Shown here: piece after piece, positions 13,516 through 28,890 of the stretch
How positions within the stretch are numbered: position 1 is the first letter of the stretch
Layout: each line of letters starts with the position of its first letter
Assembly (NCBI GenBank): GCA_963693365.1
Contig: CAVNZM010000019.1
Span: 322,130 to 386,129, forward strand
Source of the DNA: Amoebidium appalachense
Lineage: Eukaryota; Protista; Ichthyosporea
Length of the DNA stretch: 64,000 nt
Direction of reading: 5' to 3'
The notes under the pieces: generated by a model
What the model was told of the DNA's origin: nothing
Database searches by the model: none
The model's input: only the letters and a program-made list of their open reading frames with translations
Program-made: the position numbers and the translations under genes

Positions 13516-13852
13516 ACGTGCACCCGAGACCGTGGTTTCTTTTTCAAACAGAGCACGATTCCGATGCAGCATCAGTTTCCGGGTCTTTATTGCCGTGCTC
13601 CGAATTCCGTTATAAGCTACGGTAAAGCAGTCGACGACGTCGAATTCTCCATTTTTTTTTTTCGTACTTCAAACGATTTTCCATTACTTCTGATGAAATG
13701 GAGAAGAGATGTCATCGTGCAGTACAGCATCGCGCAGATTCGAAACTACAGAGACTGTGCCGATCAGCAGCCACCGTGATGGTCCATATTATATCGATCA
13801 TCAAAGGTTTGACACGAACCCCGCAGTCCCATTGGCTGCACTAACGATTGTT
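13516..13852 (-). pseudogene. Duplicate of the 5' end and promoter of the BAG-domain gene
   Basis: Near-identical to 13033-13360. Confidence 0.8.
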
Positions 13853-13906
13853 TTGTACAGTTGACCTACCATCCTTTCCTACACCACACCCCCCCCCCCC
13901 CACACA

Positions 13907-13948
<42 letters not shown>

Positions 13949-14009
13949 GTGTATCAACGTATTTTCCATTACATTGTGTGTGTGTGTGTGTGTGTGCGTG
14001 TGTGTGTGT

Positions 14010-14825
14010 GTGTGTGCATAGCGCTAGAGTTGTGTAGCGCTGAAAGCGCATATTTATGAAGGCGCTCCCATCAGTGAGTTGGGTTGCACTCACCGACTAT
14101 CCAATCAAATCACTGCAATGACTTCATCGGCAATTTCATTATTCAAACTGTCGGGATGCGCGCGATTTGATTGGTGAGTTGATGAGTTGCTACAGAAACC
14201 GACTTTCCATACCCCACACACCACACACCATGCACCTACATGTATACGTATGTTACAGTATCATTCTTGCATATGTAGGTATCTATATAAATATAAATAT
14301 ATATATATATATTAAAATCAAATAAAAGACATATGAACTTCACTTTTGTAAATATTTATTTATATATTTATATTAAATGAACATTGAAGTAGTCTTCCAA
14401 GTATAGCAACCCAGTCATCCGATGTAGTATCACTACATGATCCTTTTGGAAGAAGGTTAGAAGAATATGAAAAGGTCAGTGTATACAAATAAAAATTAGA
14501 ATACAAAGAAATGTATATATATATATTATGTGTATATAAGTATACATATGTATAAAAATATGTACGCTTGTATGTATATGTGTATGATATATATAGATGT
14601 ATGTGTGTGTGGTGTGTGGGGTATGAAAAGTCGGTTTCTGTAGCAACTCATCAACTCACCAATCAAATCGCGCGCATCCCGACAGTTTGAATAATGAAAT
14701 TGCCGATGAAGTCATTGCAGTGATTTGATTGGATAGTCGGTGAGTGCAACCCAACTCACTGATGGGAGCGCCTTCATAATTCGCTTTCAGCGCTACACAA
14801 CTCTAGCGCTATGCACACACACACA
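14010..14825. repeat. Long inverted repeat (~220-bp arms) around a ~370-bp AT-rich core (family P1)
   Basis: 14017-14229 is the reverse complement of ~14604-14815; same arms and core as the units at 60400-62865. Confidence 0.92.
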
Positions 14826-14841
14826 CACACGCACACACACA

Positions 14842-15081
14842 AGGCCGGTTCCCCCCCCATCACCCCCGAGCTTGAGCAGCTGCTGGGCACTGTAAGGGAC
14901 GATGTGGTTGCTAAGATGCTGCGCTTTCTGGACCCCTTTCTGCATGACAACACCGAGACCATCTCTGGGCGCGCCATTTTTGGGCTGTTGGGGTATGGCA
15001 ACTAAACAGTTGTGCGCGCATTCAGGGTGTGAAAAGTTCCATCGTCGGCCTACTGGCAACTACTTGCCGTTGAGATGGAGG
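14842..15081 (+). pseudogene. 5'-truncated, stop-containing copy of MASTY-family exon 1
   Basis: AGSPPITPELEQLLGTVRDDVVAKMLRFLDPF…LLGYGN*; ends GAG|GTGTGT and is followed by sequence like the 34405 intron. Confidence 0.75.
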
Positions 15082-15367
15082 TGTGTTCTGTTTCAATTGC
15101 TTTGAACTATTGACGTAATAATTGTCAGCCAGTTGGGCTGTCAATTGTCTGATTGGTTGTGTGATTAATTTTCTTGGTCATGCATATGGTCTAGAACCAT
15201 GGTTGTAAAAGGCAACGACAATAAAGCACAGCAAAATATAAAAACACGGGAGCAATGGGAGCCCAATGCGCGTTACTATGTTAACACAGAACCACCCACC
15301 ACCAACCCACCACCCCCACAAACACCCACACACCCACACACACACAAACAATAACACACCACACACA

Positions 15368-18070
<2,703 letters not shown>

Positions 18071-18486
18071 CGCACTACTTACGGATGATAGCGCTATTAT
18101 ATATTAGAATGGAAAAGTTGGCACTTTGGAGTTACATTGGGTTTGTGACAGGTGTGTGAGCACCGTAAAGCGGTGCTTCATTGGGTGTAGAAGGAATGCA
18201 GCATTCGATTGGAGAGGAGAATGGCATGCAGCATATGTGTAGAAAGTGCATGTAGCGCCGAACAAATCGACCCAATCATCTGGGACCAGTATTTCTCCCC
18301 AATCCTCTCCAATCAAATGCTGGATTCCATTCCTCTCCTCCTACAACCAATGAAGCGTACAACCAATGAAGCGTAGGCAGCCCCCTATATGACACAGCAA
18401 CTCGCGCTGGACAGTCAGTACCTTTACGGTACACACACAGCACACAACCCCCAAACTCCAAAGCGCCAACTCTTCCACCAGCGACC

Positions 18487-18785
18487 ATGGCTTCCACCTA
18501 CGCCATCTACGAGCGCCTAGACATTGCCGGCGCCCGCGAGGCCGGTTTCCCCCCATCACCCCCGAGCTTGAGCAGCTGCTGGGCACCGTGGGGGACGATG
18601 TGGTGGCGAAGGTGCTGCGTTTTCTCGACCCATTCCTGTTGGACAGCACCGAGACCATCTCAGGGCGTGCTGTGTTTGGCCTGCTGGGTTACAGCGACTA
18701 CAGGGAGTTTGTTAGGATCATGTTTAGGGGGCGCGACCATAAAGATGGCCTTCTCAATCCATCATTATTCAATGTCGTGGAGATG
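18487..18785 (+). pseudogene. MASTY-family exon 1 (1-nt loss in a C-run); exon 2 cut off by an LTR insertion
   Basis: ORFs 18487 and 18588 join to give exon 1 ending ATG|GTAAGC; the sequence after the branch point gctaacacaaagactgt is replaced by an LTR. Confidence 0.75.
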
Positions 18786-18801
18786 GTAAGCGTTTGCTAC
18801 G

Positions 18802-19340
18802 TTTTGTGGTGGCCTGGCTCAAAAGCCCCCTGTTCTATTTTTGGCAAGCTTCGGACTCTGGTTTCTATTTATAGTCCATGTTGACGTCATCACTTTTGTG
18901 GTGGCCTGGCTCAAAAGCCCCCTGTTCTATTTTTGGCAAGCTTCGGACTCTGGTTTCTATTTATAGTCCATGTTGACGTCATCACTTTTGTGGTGGCCTG
19001 GCTCAAAAGCCCCCTGTTCTATTTTTGGCAAGCTTCGGACTCTGTTTTCTATTTATAGTCCATGTTGACGTCATCACTTTTGTGGTGGCCTGGCTCAAAA
19101 GCCCCCTGTTCTATTTTTGGTAAGCTTCGGACTCTGGTTTCTATTTATAGTCCATGTTGACGTCATCACTTTTGTGGTGGCCTGGCTCAAAAGCCCCCTG
19201 TTCTATTTTTGGCAAGCTTCGGACTTTGGTTTCTATTTATAGTCCATGTTGACGTCATCACTTTTGTGGTGGCCTGGCTCAAAAGCCCCCTGTTCTATTT
19301 TTGGCAAGCTTCGGACTTTGGTTTCTATTTATAGTCCATG
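18802..19340. repeat. 92-bp tandem repeat x~6 inside the intron
   Basis: Units start at 18802, 18894, 18986, 19078, 19170 and 19262; complete units contain TGACGTCA and a ggact…agtcc stem; degenerate version at ~27287-27547. Confidence 0.95.
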
Positions 19341-19369
19341 CAATTCTAGTTGCTAACACAAAGACTGTT

Positions 19370-20560
19370 TGTAAACAGTTGGACTAGCTAGGATAAGGCA
19401 GAGTACAACTGAATCAAAATAAAGACAGAGAACGGGTAGAAAGGCACACGCGGCCAGGTTGCTTTTACTATGGGCCGACTCAGTCTGTCTCAGACTTCAC
19501 TGATGTGATCCCCGTACTGGGACGGCTTTGTTATATAGCCCCCAGGTTTCGGATCAAGGCCCAGGATTGGTTCATCCGCGGCCAGCGCGGGTGGCAACAT
19601 GCCATTCGTGATTCTGGTGCGGTCCGAGCCAGTCAGACCTTTGTCCTATTTATGCAAACCTCTTATTGGTTCAATTCGTTTATGTGGTATGCAGCTGAAG
19701 AACCATATATGGTTCAATTCTTAGGTCAGAGTGAGTCCTATTGGTGTGGACATAATATTTATGTGATATTCATGACAAAGAACGAATTGTGTGCTAGTAG
19801 ATCACATTCTTTAGTAAACATGTACAGTTCATGTGTACAGTTGTTTACACTCCCCCCCTTGTCGGGAGCCTGGTGGTGTCGTTAGGCAAGCAAACCACCA
19901 GGCTGAGAGGCGATAAACAACCTTCAGCGAGAATTCTTGTGCGCCGAGCTGCTGGGCAGAACAGAGCAAGGATGGTTGAATAGAGTTGTGCACGTCTATG
20001 AGCACTTCTTCGTTTGCCAAAACGTAAATTCATGCAGCATTCTTCTGTGCGTTCATTTTCGTGGCGAAGATTGTTGCAGTGTTCGTGCGAATTGTTCGCT
20101 TCGTCTCTGTGCTTGGCTTTTTCTGTAGAAGTAATATTTTCCTTTTTGGGAATTTTTCCTTTTTAGGATACTCCCGCAGATTCGTTTTCAATTGCGAGTA
20201 ATTTGGTTGTGTGGATGAATGATCATACCAAGCATTCGATAATGAATATAACTCAAGCCTTAGGTCACTTCGTAGCTCAGGTAGTGGTGGATAGCTTCAA
20301 GGCTTAGCCGCTGCTCCTTATCCCGGTTCTACCTTAAGACTGTAAGGCGAGTCGCCATGGCCAGAAAAGCCACTTCTTTCATGAACAAATAGCACTTCTT
20401 TCCTTTCAGCTTTAACCCTGCATCATCGGAGCTGGGAAAAACAGAATAAAAATGCCCTTAGTGTTCTTCGTTGGGTGACATAAAGAAATCTATCAGCCCG
20501 TTAGAACCATTAAAAACCCGGTTCATAATTCATAAGTCTATGAAAAACACGGCGGGGGGG
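19370..20560 (-). mobile_element. Ty3/gypsy-like LTR retrotransposon remnant: 3' LTR (19370-19849), PPT (19850-19860) and degenerate RT
   Basis: LTR ends TGTAAACA…TGTTTACA; adjacent minus-strand polypurine tract AAGGGGGGGAG; minus-strand RT motifs PAVF(H)RLMN (~20530-20555) and AGLKLKGKKCYLFMKEVAFL (~20360-20422). Confidence 0.75.
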
Positions 20561-23273
20561 CGCGGGGGGCGCGGCGGGACCCGGGGGGGGGCGCCGGGGC
20601 GGAGGGGCGCCGCGCGCGGGCGGGCGGGGCGGCGCCGCGGAGCGGCGCGGGGGGGGCCCCGGGGCGCCGGCCGGCCGGGCGGCGCGCCCGGGGGGGCGCG
20701 CACCCCGCCGGGCGGGCGGGCGGGCGAGACAGCGCCGAACGGTGGGCGCGAGAGGGGACACACGCAGACGCCCGCACAGCGCGGGCAGGACCGAGGTGGA
20801 GGTGGACGGGAGCGGGCGCCGCGCCGAGCCGACGGGGCGCGGAGCGGGCGGGGAGGGGCGGGCAGCGGCGGCGGGGAGGCGAGAGGAGGACGCGGCACGG
20901 GGCGGGGGGCGGAGCGCGGGAGGACGACACCGGGCGGCGGGGGGGGCGAGAAGGCGAGGGTCAGACCCAGGCGGAAGCGCGCCCAGCAGCGCGATGGGAG
21001 CGACAAGCGGGCGCGGCACGAAGGAGACCTCCGCGACCGAGGTGGGAAACAGGCGGGAGATGGGCCCGCGGAGCGGGGCACCGGCAGCGGCGAAGTGGTC
21101 GCGAGGTCCGACCGCAGAACGAGGGAGACGAGCGCAGGGCGGAAGCGGGCAAGGCCGACTCGGCGGTGGTGGCAACGACGTGGGGGCACGGACGCGCATG
21201 GCAAGTCGATGGACTCGGGCCCCCGGATGTCGACGCGGATGCGGGTGTCGCTGCTGGCGAGGTCGGCCCGTGCCGGGAGCGCGCGGCAGACGAGCGCGGC
21301 GCGGCGCGAGGAAGCGAAGGAAGGAGCAGAGTGCACAAGCAGGTAGTGGTGCCGAAGACCAGCTGTTGTGCGCTGGGGGAAGGGTGGACAGATCGGCGCC
21401 CAGTGGATGGGTGGTGACTGCAAATGGCCGCGGTGAAGAGTGACGGGACGGAAGCAGGCCAGCAACCCCCTGCAGGAGAGCCGCGGACCAACCAGAAGGG
21501 ATGCAGGCTGCACGGAACCAATCCGCTGCAGTCGCAGATGGCAGCCGGCCACACAACATCCCCCAACGAAGAATCGAGGGACAGAACGCCCGAAACAGCA
21601 ACATAGAACAATGTCAGATGAGCAACCCGAATCTCCCGTGCAGTGCCGCCCGGAACACGCACAGTGGACGGTGGATCGAACCTCGGCACGGTGCAGTGCA
21701 GGCACAGGGCACAATTCCGCGCAGAGTGGCAGCGAACAGAGAAGCGGAACCTGTCATGACAAGCGAGACAAAACAGTGCCCAAGAAAGGACCGAGAGAAC
21801 ACCGCGGACCAGGAGACACCCTGGCGAGGACAGCCGAGCAGCGACGAGGCCAGACGATGCCGGGCCAGCCGCGGCCCCTCCGTGCCAGTCCCACATCCAC
21901 CCGTCGGACACACACACGCATGGACACTGCAACCACGCACGGGGGCGGGCGACCGGCTCCAGGCAACACGACATCGAGATGCGCCGCGGGGTGCCCCAGG
22001 CGCCGACCAGCCCCCACACCGGGCGGACAGCCTCCCCCCTACCCCCGACCCGACCCGAGCCACCCCCCCCCCCGACCCCCCGCACAACCAGCGCGCCAGC
22101 CCGCGCGAGGAGAACCAGCCGCCTGCCCGCCGCCACCGCCTGCACCAGACAATCAGGAACCACGACCCGCCGCGGCCCCCCCCGCGGAGGGGGAGAGGGG
22201 GCCACAGAGACGACGACCACACGGGACGCACAGACGCCCGCGCCCCCAGTGGCCGAGGAGACGCCGGCCCACAGGGCCGGGAGAGGGCGGGGGAGGGACG
22301 TCGAGGAGCAGGGGCGACAGACGGCACGCGACGCACCGGTCACCGAGCTCGAGAGCTGGGGGTCGGCGACGACCAGGTGCAGGAGAAGCCACGGAGGACA
22401 GCCCCGTGCCCAGAGTACTGGGGAGGTGTCCGTGGACCGCGCCCCACCCCCACACACTACAGCAGAGAAAAGTCACAGCGGCGGCGGAGCCCCGACCCCC
22501 CCACCGAGCACGCAGTGGACTGCAAGGCGACGAAAGGCGGGGAAGGGGAGGGGGAAAAAACTGCGTGGACGAGGGGGGCAGGGAGAGAAAAAGGAGGAGA
22601 GAAAAAAAAGGAGAAGAGAGCCCAACGGCTGCACGAAAAGGGCGGACAAAATGGGGGGGGGGGGTGTGGGGTGTGTGGTGGGTCCCCTTTTTGTTGTTGT
22701 CCCCCTCCCCCAAAGTGGGTGTGTGTGGGTAGTGTGTGTTGTTGTCCCCCCCCCCAGAATGTGGGTGTGTGTGTGGTGGTGTCCCCCTCCCCCCCAGAAT
22801 GTGGTGTGTGTGTGTTGTGTGTGTGTGTGTGTGTGTGTGCCCCCTCCCCCCCCCCAACGAATTGTGGTGTGTGTGTGGTGTGTGTGTGTGTGTGTGTGTG
22901 TGTGGGTCCCCCCTCCCCCTCAACGAATTGGGGTGTGTGTGTGGTGTGTGTGTGTGTGTGTGGGTCCCCTCCCTCCCCCTCAACGAATTGTGGTGTGTGT
23001 GTGGTTGTGTGTTGTGTTGTCCCCCCCCCCCAACGAATGTGGGGGTTTTGTGTGTGTGTGTGTGGGTCCCCCCCCCCCCCAACGAAGGGTGTGTTGTGTG
23101 TGTGTGTGTGGTCCCCCCCCCCCCACGAATGGGGGTGTTTGTGTGTGTGTGTGTGGGTCCCCCCCCCCCCAACGAATGTGGGTGTGGTTGTGTGTGTGTG
23201 TGTGGGTCCCCCCCCCCCTCAACGAATGTGGGTGTTGTGTGTGTGTGTGTGTGGGTCCCCCCCCCCTCAACGA

Positions 23274-23309
<36 letters not shown>

Positions 23310-25832
23310 CCCCCCCCCCCTCAACGATGTGGTGTGTGTTTGTGTGTGTGTGTGTGGGGCCCCCCCCCCCTCAGATTGTGTGTGTGTGTGGTGTGTGTGT
23401 GTGTGTGGTCCCCCCCCCCCTCAACGATTGTGGTGTGTGTGTGTGTTGTGTGTGTGTGTGTGGGTCCCCCTCCCCCCCAACGATTTGTGGTGTGTGCCAA
23501 CGATGTGGTGTGTGATGGTGTGAAAGCCAGCCCTAACACGGTTTCGGCTCGTGTCGGTGTCGCGTCCGCACCCACCCCCAGCCGAGAAGCCCCACACCCA
23601 CCATCTCCGAGGGAGCGGGGTGACCCCACCACAGCACGACAAAAGTTCACACACGCAGTTACACCAATGGGAGGGGAAGGGAGTGGGGAGAGGGGGGGAG
23701 GGCGACGTGTCTGTGGATGAGAGGGGGGGGCGCCAGCCGGAGGTCCCGTCGGCGGCCGAGCCAACGAACAACAGCGCCCACACAATGTCGGCACCGGGCG
23801 ACACGAGCGGTGGAGGGGCGCACACGAGCCGGCCGGGCGTGCAAAGATGCGCAGGAGTGGTGCACGGGACGAGTGGAAGGGAGGGGAGGGGGGGCGGGGC
23901 ATGCGAAACCTACCGGGGTGGGGGGGGGGCGGCAGCTGCACACGGGGAGTGGTCGAGGGGGGGTGTACGAATGAGAAATGGGCAGCCGACCGGCGCATGC
24001 GTGTTCAAGGACTGTCTGCGATGCGGTAGTGTGTGCAGGAGCAGGCGGGATCCACACAGTCGGGCACGGGCGCGGGGAAGCGATGTGCCACAGCGCACAT
24101 GTGGGCAGGTGGGGGTCCCGTGGTGGTGGGTGGGGGTGGGTCTGGAAGGTCGGGAATGCACGTGAGGTGACGGGAACACGCCCAGAAGCGAAAGACAGGT
24201 CCACGCACGTAGGCGCTGGGCGTTGAGTAGTTGTGGGTGCGGCGGGCAAGCGGAAAGCACAGTGTGTGTCGCTGCGGCACGTGTCGCAGCAGCCCGGGAG
24301 GCCAGGAGGGCGGGATGGTGGGTTGACAGGGGAAAACACGCATGGCACAAACGGGGAACGCCGCGCACAAGGGTCAGGAGTGGTCACACCCACAGGAAAG
24401 TGCTACTGTGCTAGCTTTCCCCCCAGTGCCCGTGGCGTGTTCGAGAAGCTGCAGTGACACAAACATCAGAGGCGCACAGACACGAAGGTCCGTGCAGCGC
24501 GACACTCGCAGTAAACGGGGGGTGGTGGGGGGAGGTAGGGGGCGAGGGGGGAGAAAAGGCAAGAAGTAGCAGACACAGGTGAACGGCAGTCATGATGAGA
24601 CAGTGGGGAACAAACTGATGGTGGTGTGACACAGCGCAACCCAGTTAGGGGCGTCGTGAATCCCCTGCGCTAACATGGGGGGATCGGAAGGGAAACACAA
24701 CTGTGGGGCAATCGCGATGGAAATCGGAAAACCCCCCCAGGAAATAAGACACACCAGAAGATAGGCGCGAGTGATGGGGGAAGATTGGATCATTAGATTC
24801 CCCGACCGGCAGATCAGTACGTGGGAAAAACAAGACCGAGACACAGATCCGAGTTCGAACTAGGCAGCTCCAAACCCAGGCCCCCAACAGCAGCTCCAAG
24901 AGCACTGTGGGAGCGCACCTATGTCATCACCAGCCCCCAAACCGATCATGGCTCAACCGCAAAACATGCAAACGGCTAGTCTGTTTACCCCCCAGTCGCA
25001 AAAGAAAAAGAAACTACCGAAGCACATACACACCCGACCCACCGAAACCAAAGAAAAAGTACAACACGGACAAGTGTCCCTACAAGTCCAAGTCGTGAAG
25101 CTACCGGCGCTGCCCGGGCGGGGGCGCCGATCCATCCGTACAGTCAACACACAACCCAACACACCACAAGACACACAGGACCACACGACGGGAACAGTGG
25201 GACGGAAGATGTGGGAGGAGGGAGGGCGACGAACGGATGGACGGCCAGCGAGGGGAGCTGCACGGTATGGTGGACGGTGGTGACGGGCGGGGCCAACAAG
25301 CAGGCGGGAGGAGCGAGAAAGGAGGGAGCGAAGATGCCCAGGCGCAAACACGCCCGTGTCATGGAGATGCGATGGGCGAGAGCCAAACACGAGAGCCTGG
25401 GTGGGGGGCGCACACGGAACGACAGAGCGACGAACGACGGGAAACAGAGGTGACCAGGGTCGCGAAAGAAAGAAGGAAGCCGGAGGTCGAGGAATAAAGG
25501 GGGGTCGAGGGGGGCATCGGGACTCATCGTACAGCCGGGTTGTGTTCGCACAGGGGGGCGCCGACTGGAACCACCGAAGTCGCGAGAAGTTGGAGGGTGA
25601 GTGTCTGGGTGACGAGGTGCACAAGCGCGCGGGAAAGCAGCAGAAGGAGAAGTGGGGGCCCGGGGGAAGAAGAGTCAGCATGGAAGAGTATGGTGGTGGG
25701 GGTCACCCAGTCGGTCAGGAAGTGGAAGGAGGAGACGAGACAGAAAAACACCGACAAGAACGCACGGGCACAGCCACAATGGTGCCCGGGTCCACAAGTA
25801 GGGGGAAAAAAAACGGACAGGAGAACAGCTAT

Positions 25833-25897
<65 letters not shown>

Positions 25898-27000
25898 TGG
25901 TGGGGACTACGGCGGCACCAATGGGTGGTGTGTTGCTGGATGTGAAGCCGCCGGTCAGCCCGGAACATCCCTAGGGTCTCGAATCTAAGAGCACGCGGGC
26001 GCGAGGCGCGACATAGGAGACGGGTGGACGCGAGGGAGGTGGAGAAGGGCAGCAGCGAGGAAAGTGAAGCAAACGAGCGGCCAAACGCAGCGAAATGGGT
26101 TGTGGAGTAAGTTGATGCCGCCAACCGGTGTCGATTGGTGGTCGCCAGCGCAACGGTCCTGCCCGAGTTGCGCGTAAATGCGGAAACCCAGCCGTATATG
26201 GCCCGATAACGTTCTTCGCCGAGCCGGTCGGATTGGGTGGGATGTCGGTGCGGGCTGCGCAGGGGAAGTCGGCACACCACCGCAGAAGAGATCGAAGTCA
26301 AAAAGACTGCGCAGGGGCTCCGCGGTGTAGGCAGCGAGGCAAATCATCGACCCACCAGCGAGAAAGTTGGAGTCTCAAGTACCACGTCCGACCCGTCAAG
26401 GGAGGTGTGTCGATGCCCTGCAGAAACGCAAGTCGCTGGTGAGGGAAAGAGAGTGTGACATCGGCAGGCTGGGAAACAACGGAGCCCCGGCGCGCGAATC
26501 CAAGTTGTGGAATGTGTGGCCGAACAGCGGAGGAACCGTCTGCTGCAGTCCAGCAACGATTCTGCATCAAGGTGTTGGCAGCTAAGGGCCGATTGGCCAG
26601 GGGCGAGATTGGTCGATCCTGATTGGCGAAAAGCACTGTGAACCGGATCAATCGGATTCGCGGAAAAGTCACCAACACCAAAGTCGGTCGATGGGCCGGC
26701 GAAGATCGATTGTCACGTACTCAGGCAGATGCCCATGGTCGGTGAAAACACGCAAAAAGCACGAGAATGCACAAAAAGCAAGGAAAATGGACAACGTGAA
26801 ACTAAAGATGACACGAATGTGGTGAAATGGGGCCTGTTCGGCCTGTACGCGGCAGCATGCCGTTTCTCCCGTGAGCCACCTGACTCTGGCGACTTCTGCA
26901 TGTAGCGCCCGTCATTGGGCGCGGGCAAAAAACCGACTGCCACCGTTGCAGGCACCAGTCTGCACACGCACACTGCCGAACACATCCAAACAACACAACG
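20560..27000. other. Degraded, T-depleted third copy of the F-box to MSV199-like gene block (probably low-quality consensus)
   Basis: 21335-21410 resembles 49555-49632 (F-box gene start); 23800-24500 resembles 2300-3060; 24948-25140 resembles 3625-3900; 26700-27000 resembles 35068-35400; all with dense indels. Confidence 0.65.
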
Positions 27001-28890
27001 CTCCACCACGCCATCTACGAGCGCCTCAACACACGGCGCCCGCGGGCCGGCCCCATCACCCCCGAGTGAGCAGCTGCTGGGCACCGTGGGGGACGATGTG
27101 GTGGCGAAGGTGCTGCGCTTCCTCGACCCGCTCAAGGTGGACAGCACCGAGACCATCTCAGGGCGGTGTGTTTGGCCGCTGGACAGCGACTACAGGGAGT
27201 TTGTTCGGATCATGTTTAGGGGGCGCGACCAAAAGATGGCCCCAATCCACAATACAATGTCGTGGAGATGGTAAGCGGCCGTATCATTTTGTGGTGGCCT
27301 GCCAAAAGCCCCCTGTTCTATTTTGGCAGGCTCGGACCGCTATAGTCATGTTACGTCATCACTTTGTGTGGCCGGCCAAAGCCCCCTGTTATTTGAAGCG
27401 GACTGTTAGTCATGTTGAAGTGGTGGCGGCTCAAAAGCCCCCTGTTCTATTTGGAGGCGGACCTGTTATAGTCATGTTGACGCACTGTGGTGGCCGGCAA
27501 AAGCCCCCTGTTCTATTTTGGAAGCGGACTTTGCATATAGTCCATGCAATCTAGTTGCTAACACAAAGACTGTCCCAGAGCACTGGTGGGCGACCAATGA
27601 AGGACCACCTGCTGAATGCCGATGGATTCCTCACCGTGGAGAGATCGCCAACGGTCGGCGACAGTACGTATGTGGTGTTGCTGTTCGAAAGGCATTTGCC
27701 CGTCTGGCCGAAATCAGCAAGACCAGTGCCCTGCCGCCTGCAAGCCGAGACCACTGCTGCCGAGGAACGTGCCCGGGCGCACGAGGGACGCCAGAGAAGG
27801 CGAGCAGTGGTACACGGAGACGCCGAGCTCCTGGACTCCGCCAACGAGCGCCTTGCCACTATGAGGGCGACAACGGCACCCGCAGCGCATCGTTCTCTGC
27901 GCCCCGGCACCTCGCCCAACACCCGCTGCATGGAGACGGACTACGGGCGCGAGCTGGCGCGCAAGGTGTTCCACGACGCTGCCGTGCTGCTGTGGCGCCG
28001 CCACGAGGGGTGAGCACCTGTGTGACCCCACCTACTGGAACCGCTCATCAAGGACCACATGAACGTGGACCCCGACCAGGCAGTGTACCGCTCGCACATC
28101 AACATGTACACGGCGCTCTGCAAGGCGGCCTTCACCTCCACGGCGTGCCCAAGGTCACCCACCTGACCTACAACCAGCTCTATGCCGTGCTTCGTGTTTT
28201 TGCGCTCTATGAAAACTACTCCGGGACGTGTGTTGCCTCTAGGGGGACATCCCCTTGGACGAAAGTGAACCTGCAATGGTTGTAAACCACGGCAAGCCCC
28301 CAGTCATCAATTTATTGATCCGTGAGGTCCATGTGCCCAAAAAACGGGGGAAGTCTTCGCCCCGTGAAAAAACAGCACGTATGTGTGGATCAATGGGGGT
28401 TGTGTGTGGGTGTAGGTGGGTGGGTGAAAAGGAATATATAGCTGTAAGGCTGTGGATGCTAAACACAGAAGATGTGTTTGTAGCTTGCTGATCTGCTAAA
28501 AACTGTCGTGCTTATATACCTAAGCCTACCGATCTGAGCCAATCAAAAATCGATCTAGTGATATGTGAAATCTGATCCGAGCCAATCATAACTCGGTCTA
28601 GTGATCTGTGGTATCTGATGTTTTGACTGGCTAATAGGTGCCCGTGTGCGGGCAGCCAACCGCTAACTGCTAAAACACGAAATGAAGCCTACATGGTTGT
28701 GTTGGTATCGAACACCCATCCTACGTGTTTACCCAGAAAAATATTTATGTCAATAATTTCCACAAATAAAACCTCTATGAAAACTACTCCGGGACGTGTG
28801 TTGCCTCTAGGGGGACATCCCCTTGGACGAAAGTGAACCTGCAATGGTTGTAAACCACGGCACGAGAGCAGTATGCTTGCTCCAAAGGTT

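Noticed and set aside
20471-26700. Numerous long Gly/Arg/Pro-rich ORFs (e.g. 21501..23720, 20961..22457)
   Set aside because: They are open only because of extreme GC content and T depletion in a degraded copy of genes seen intact elsewhere.
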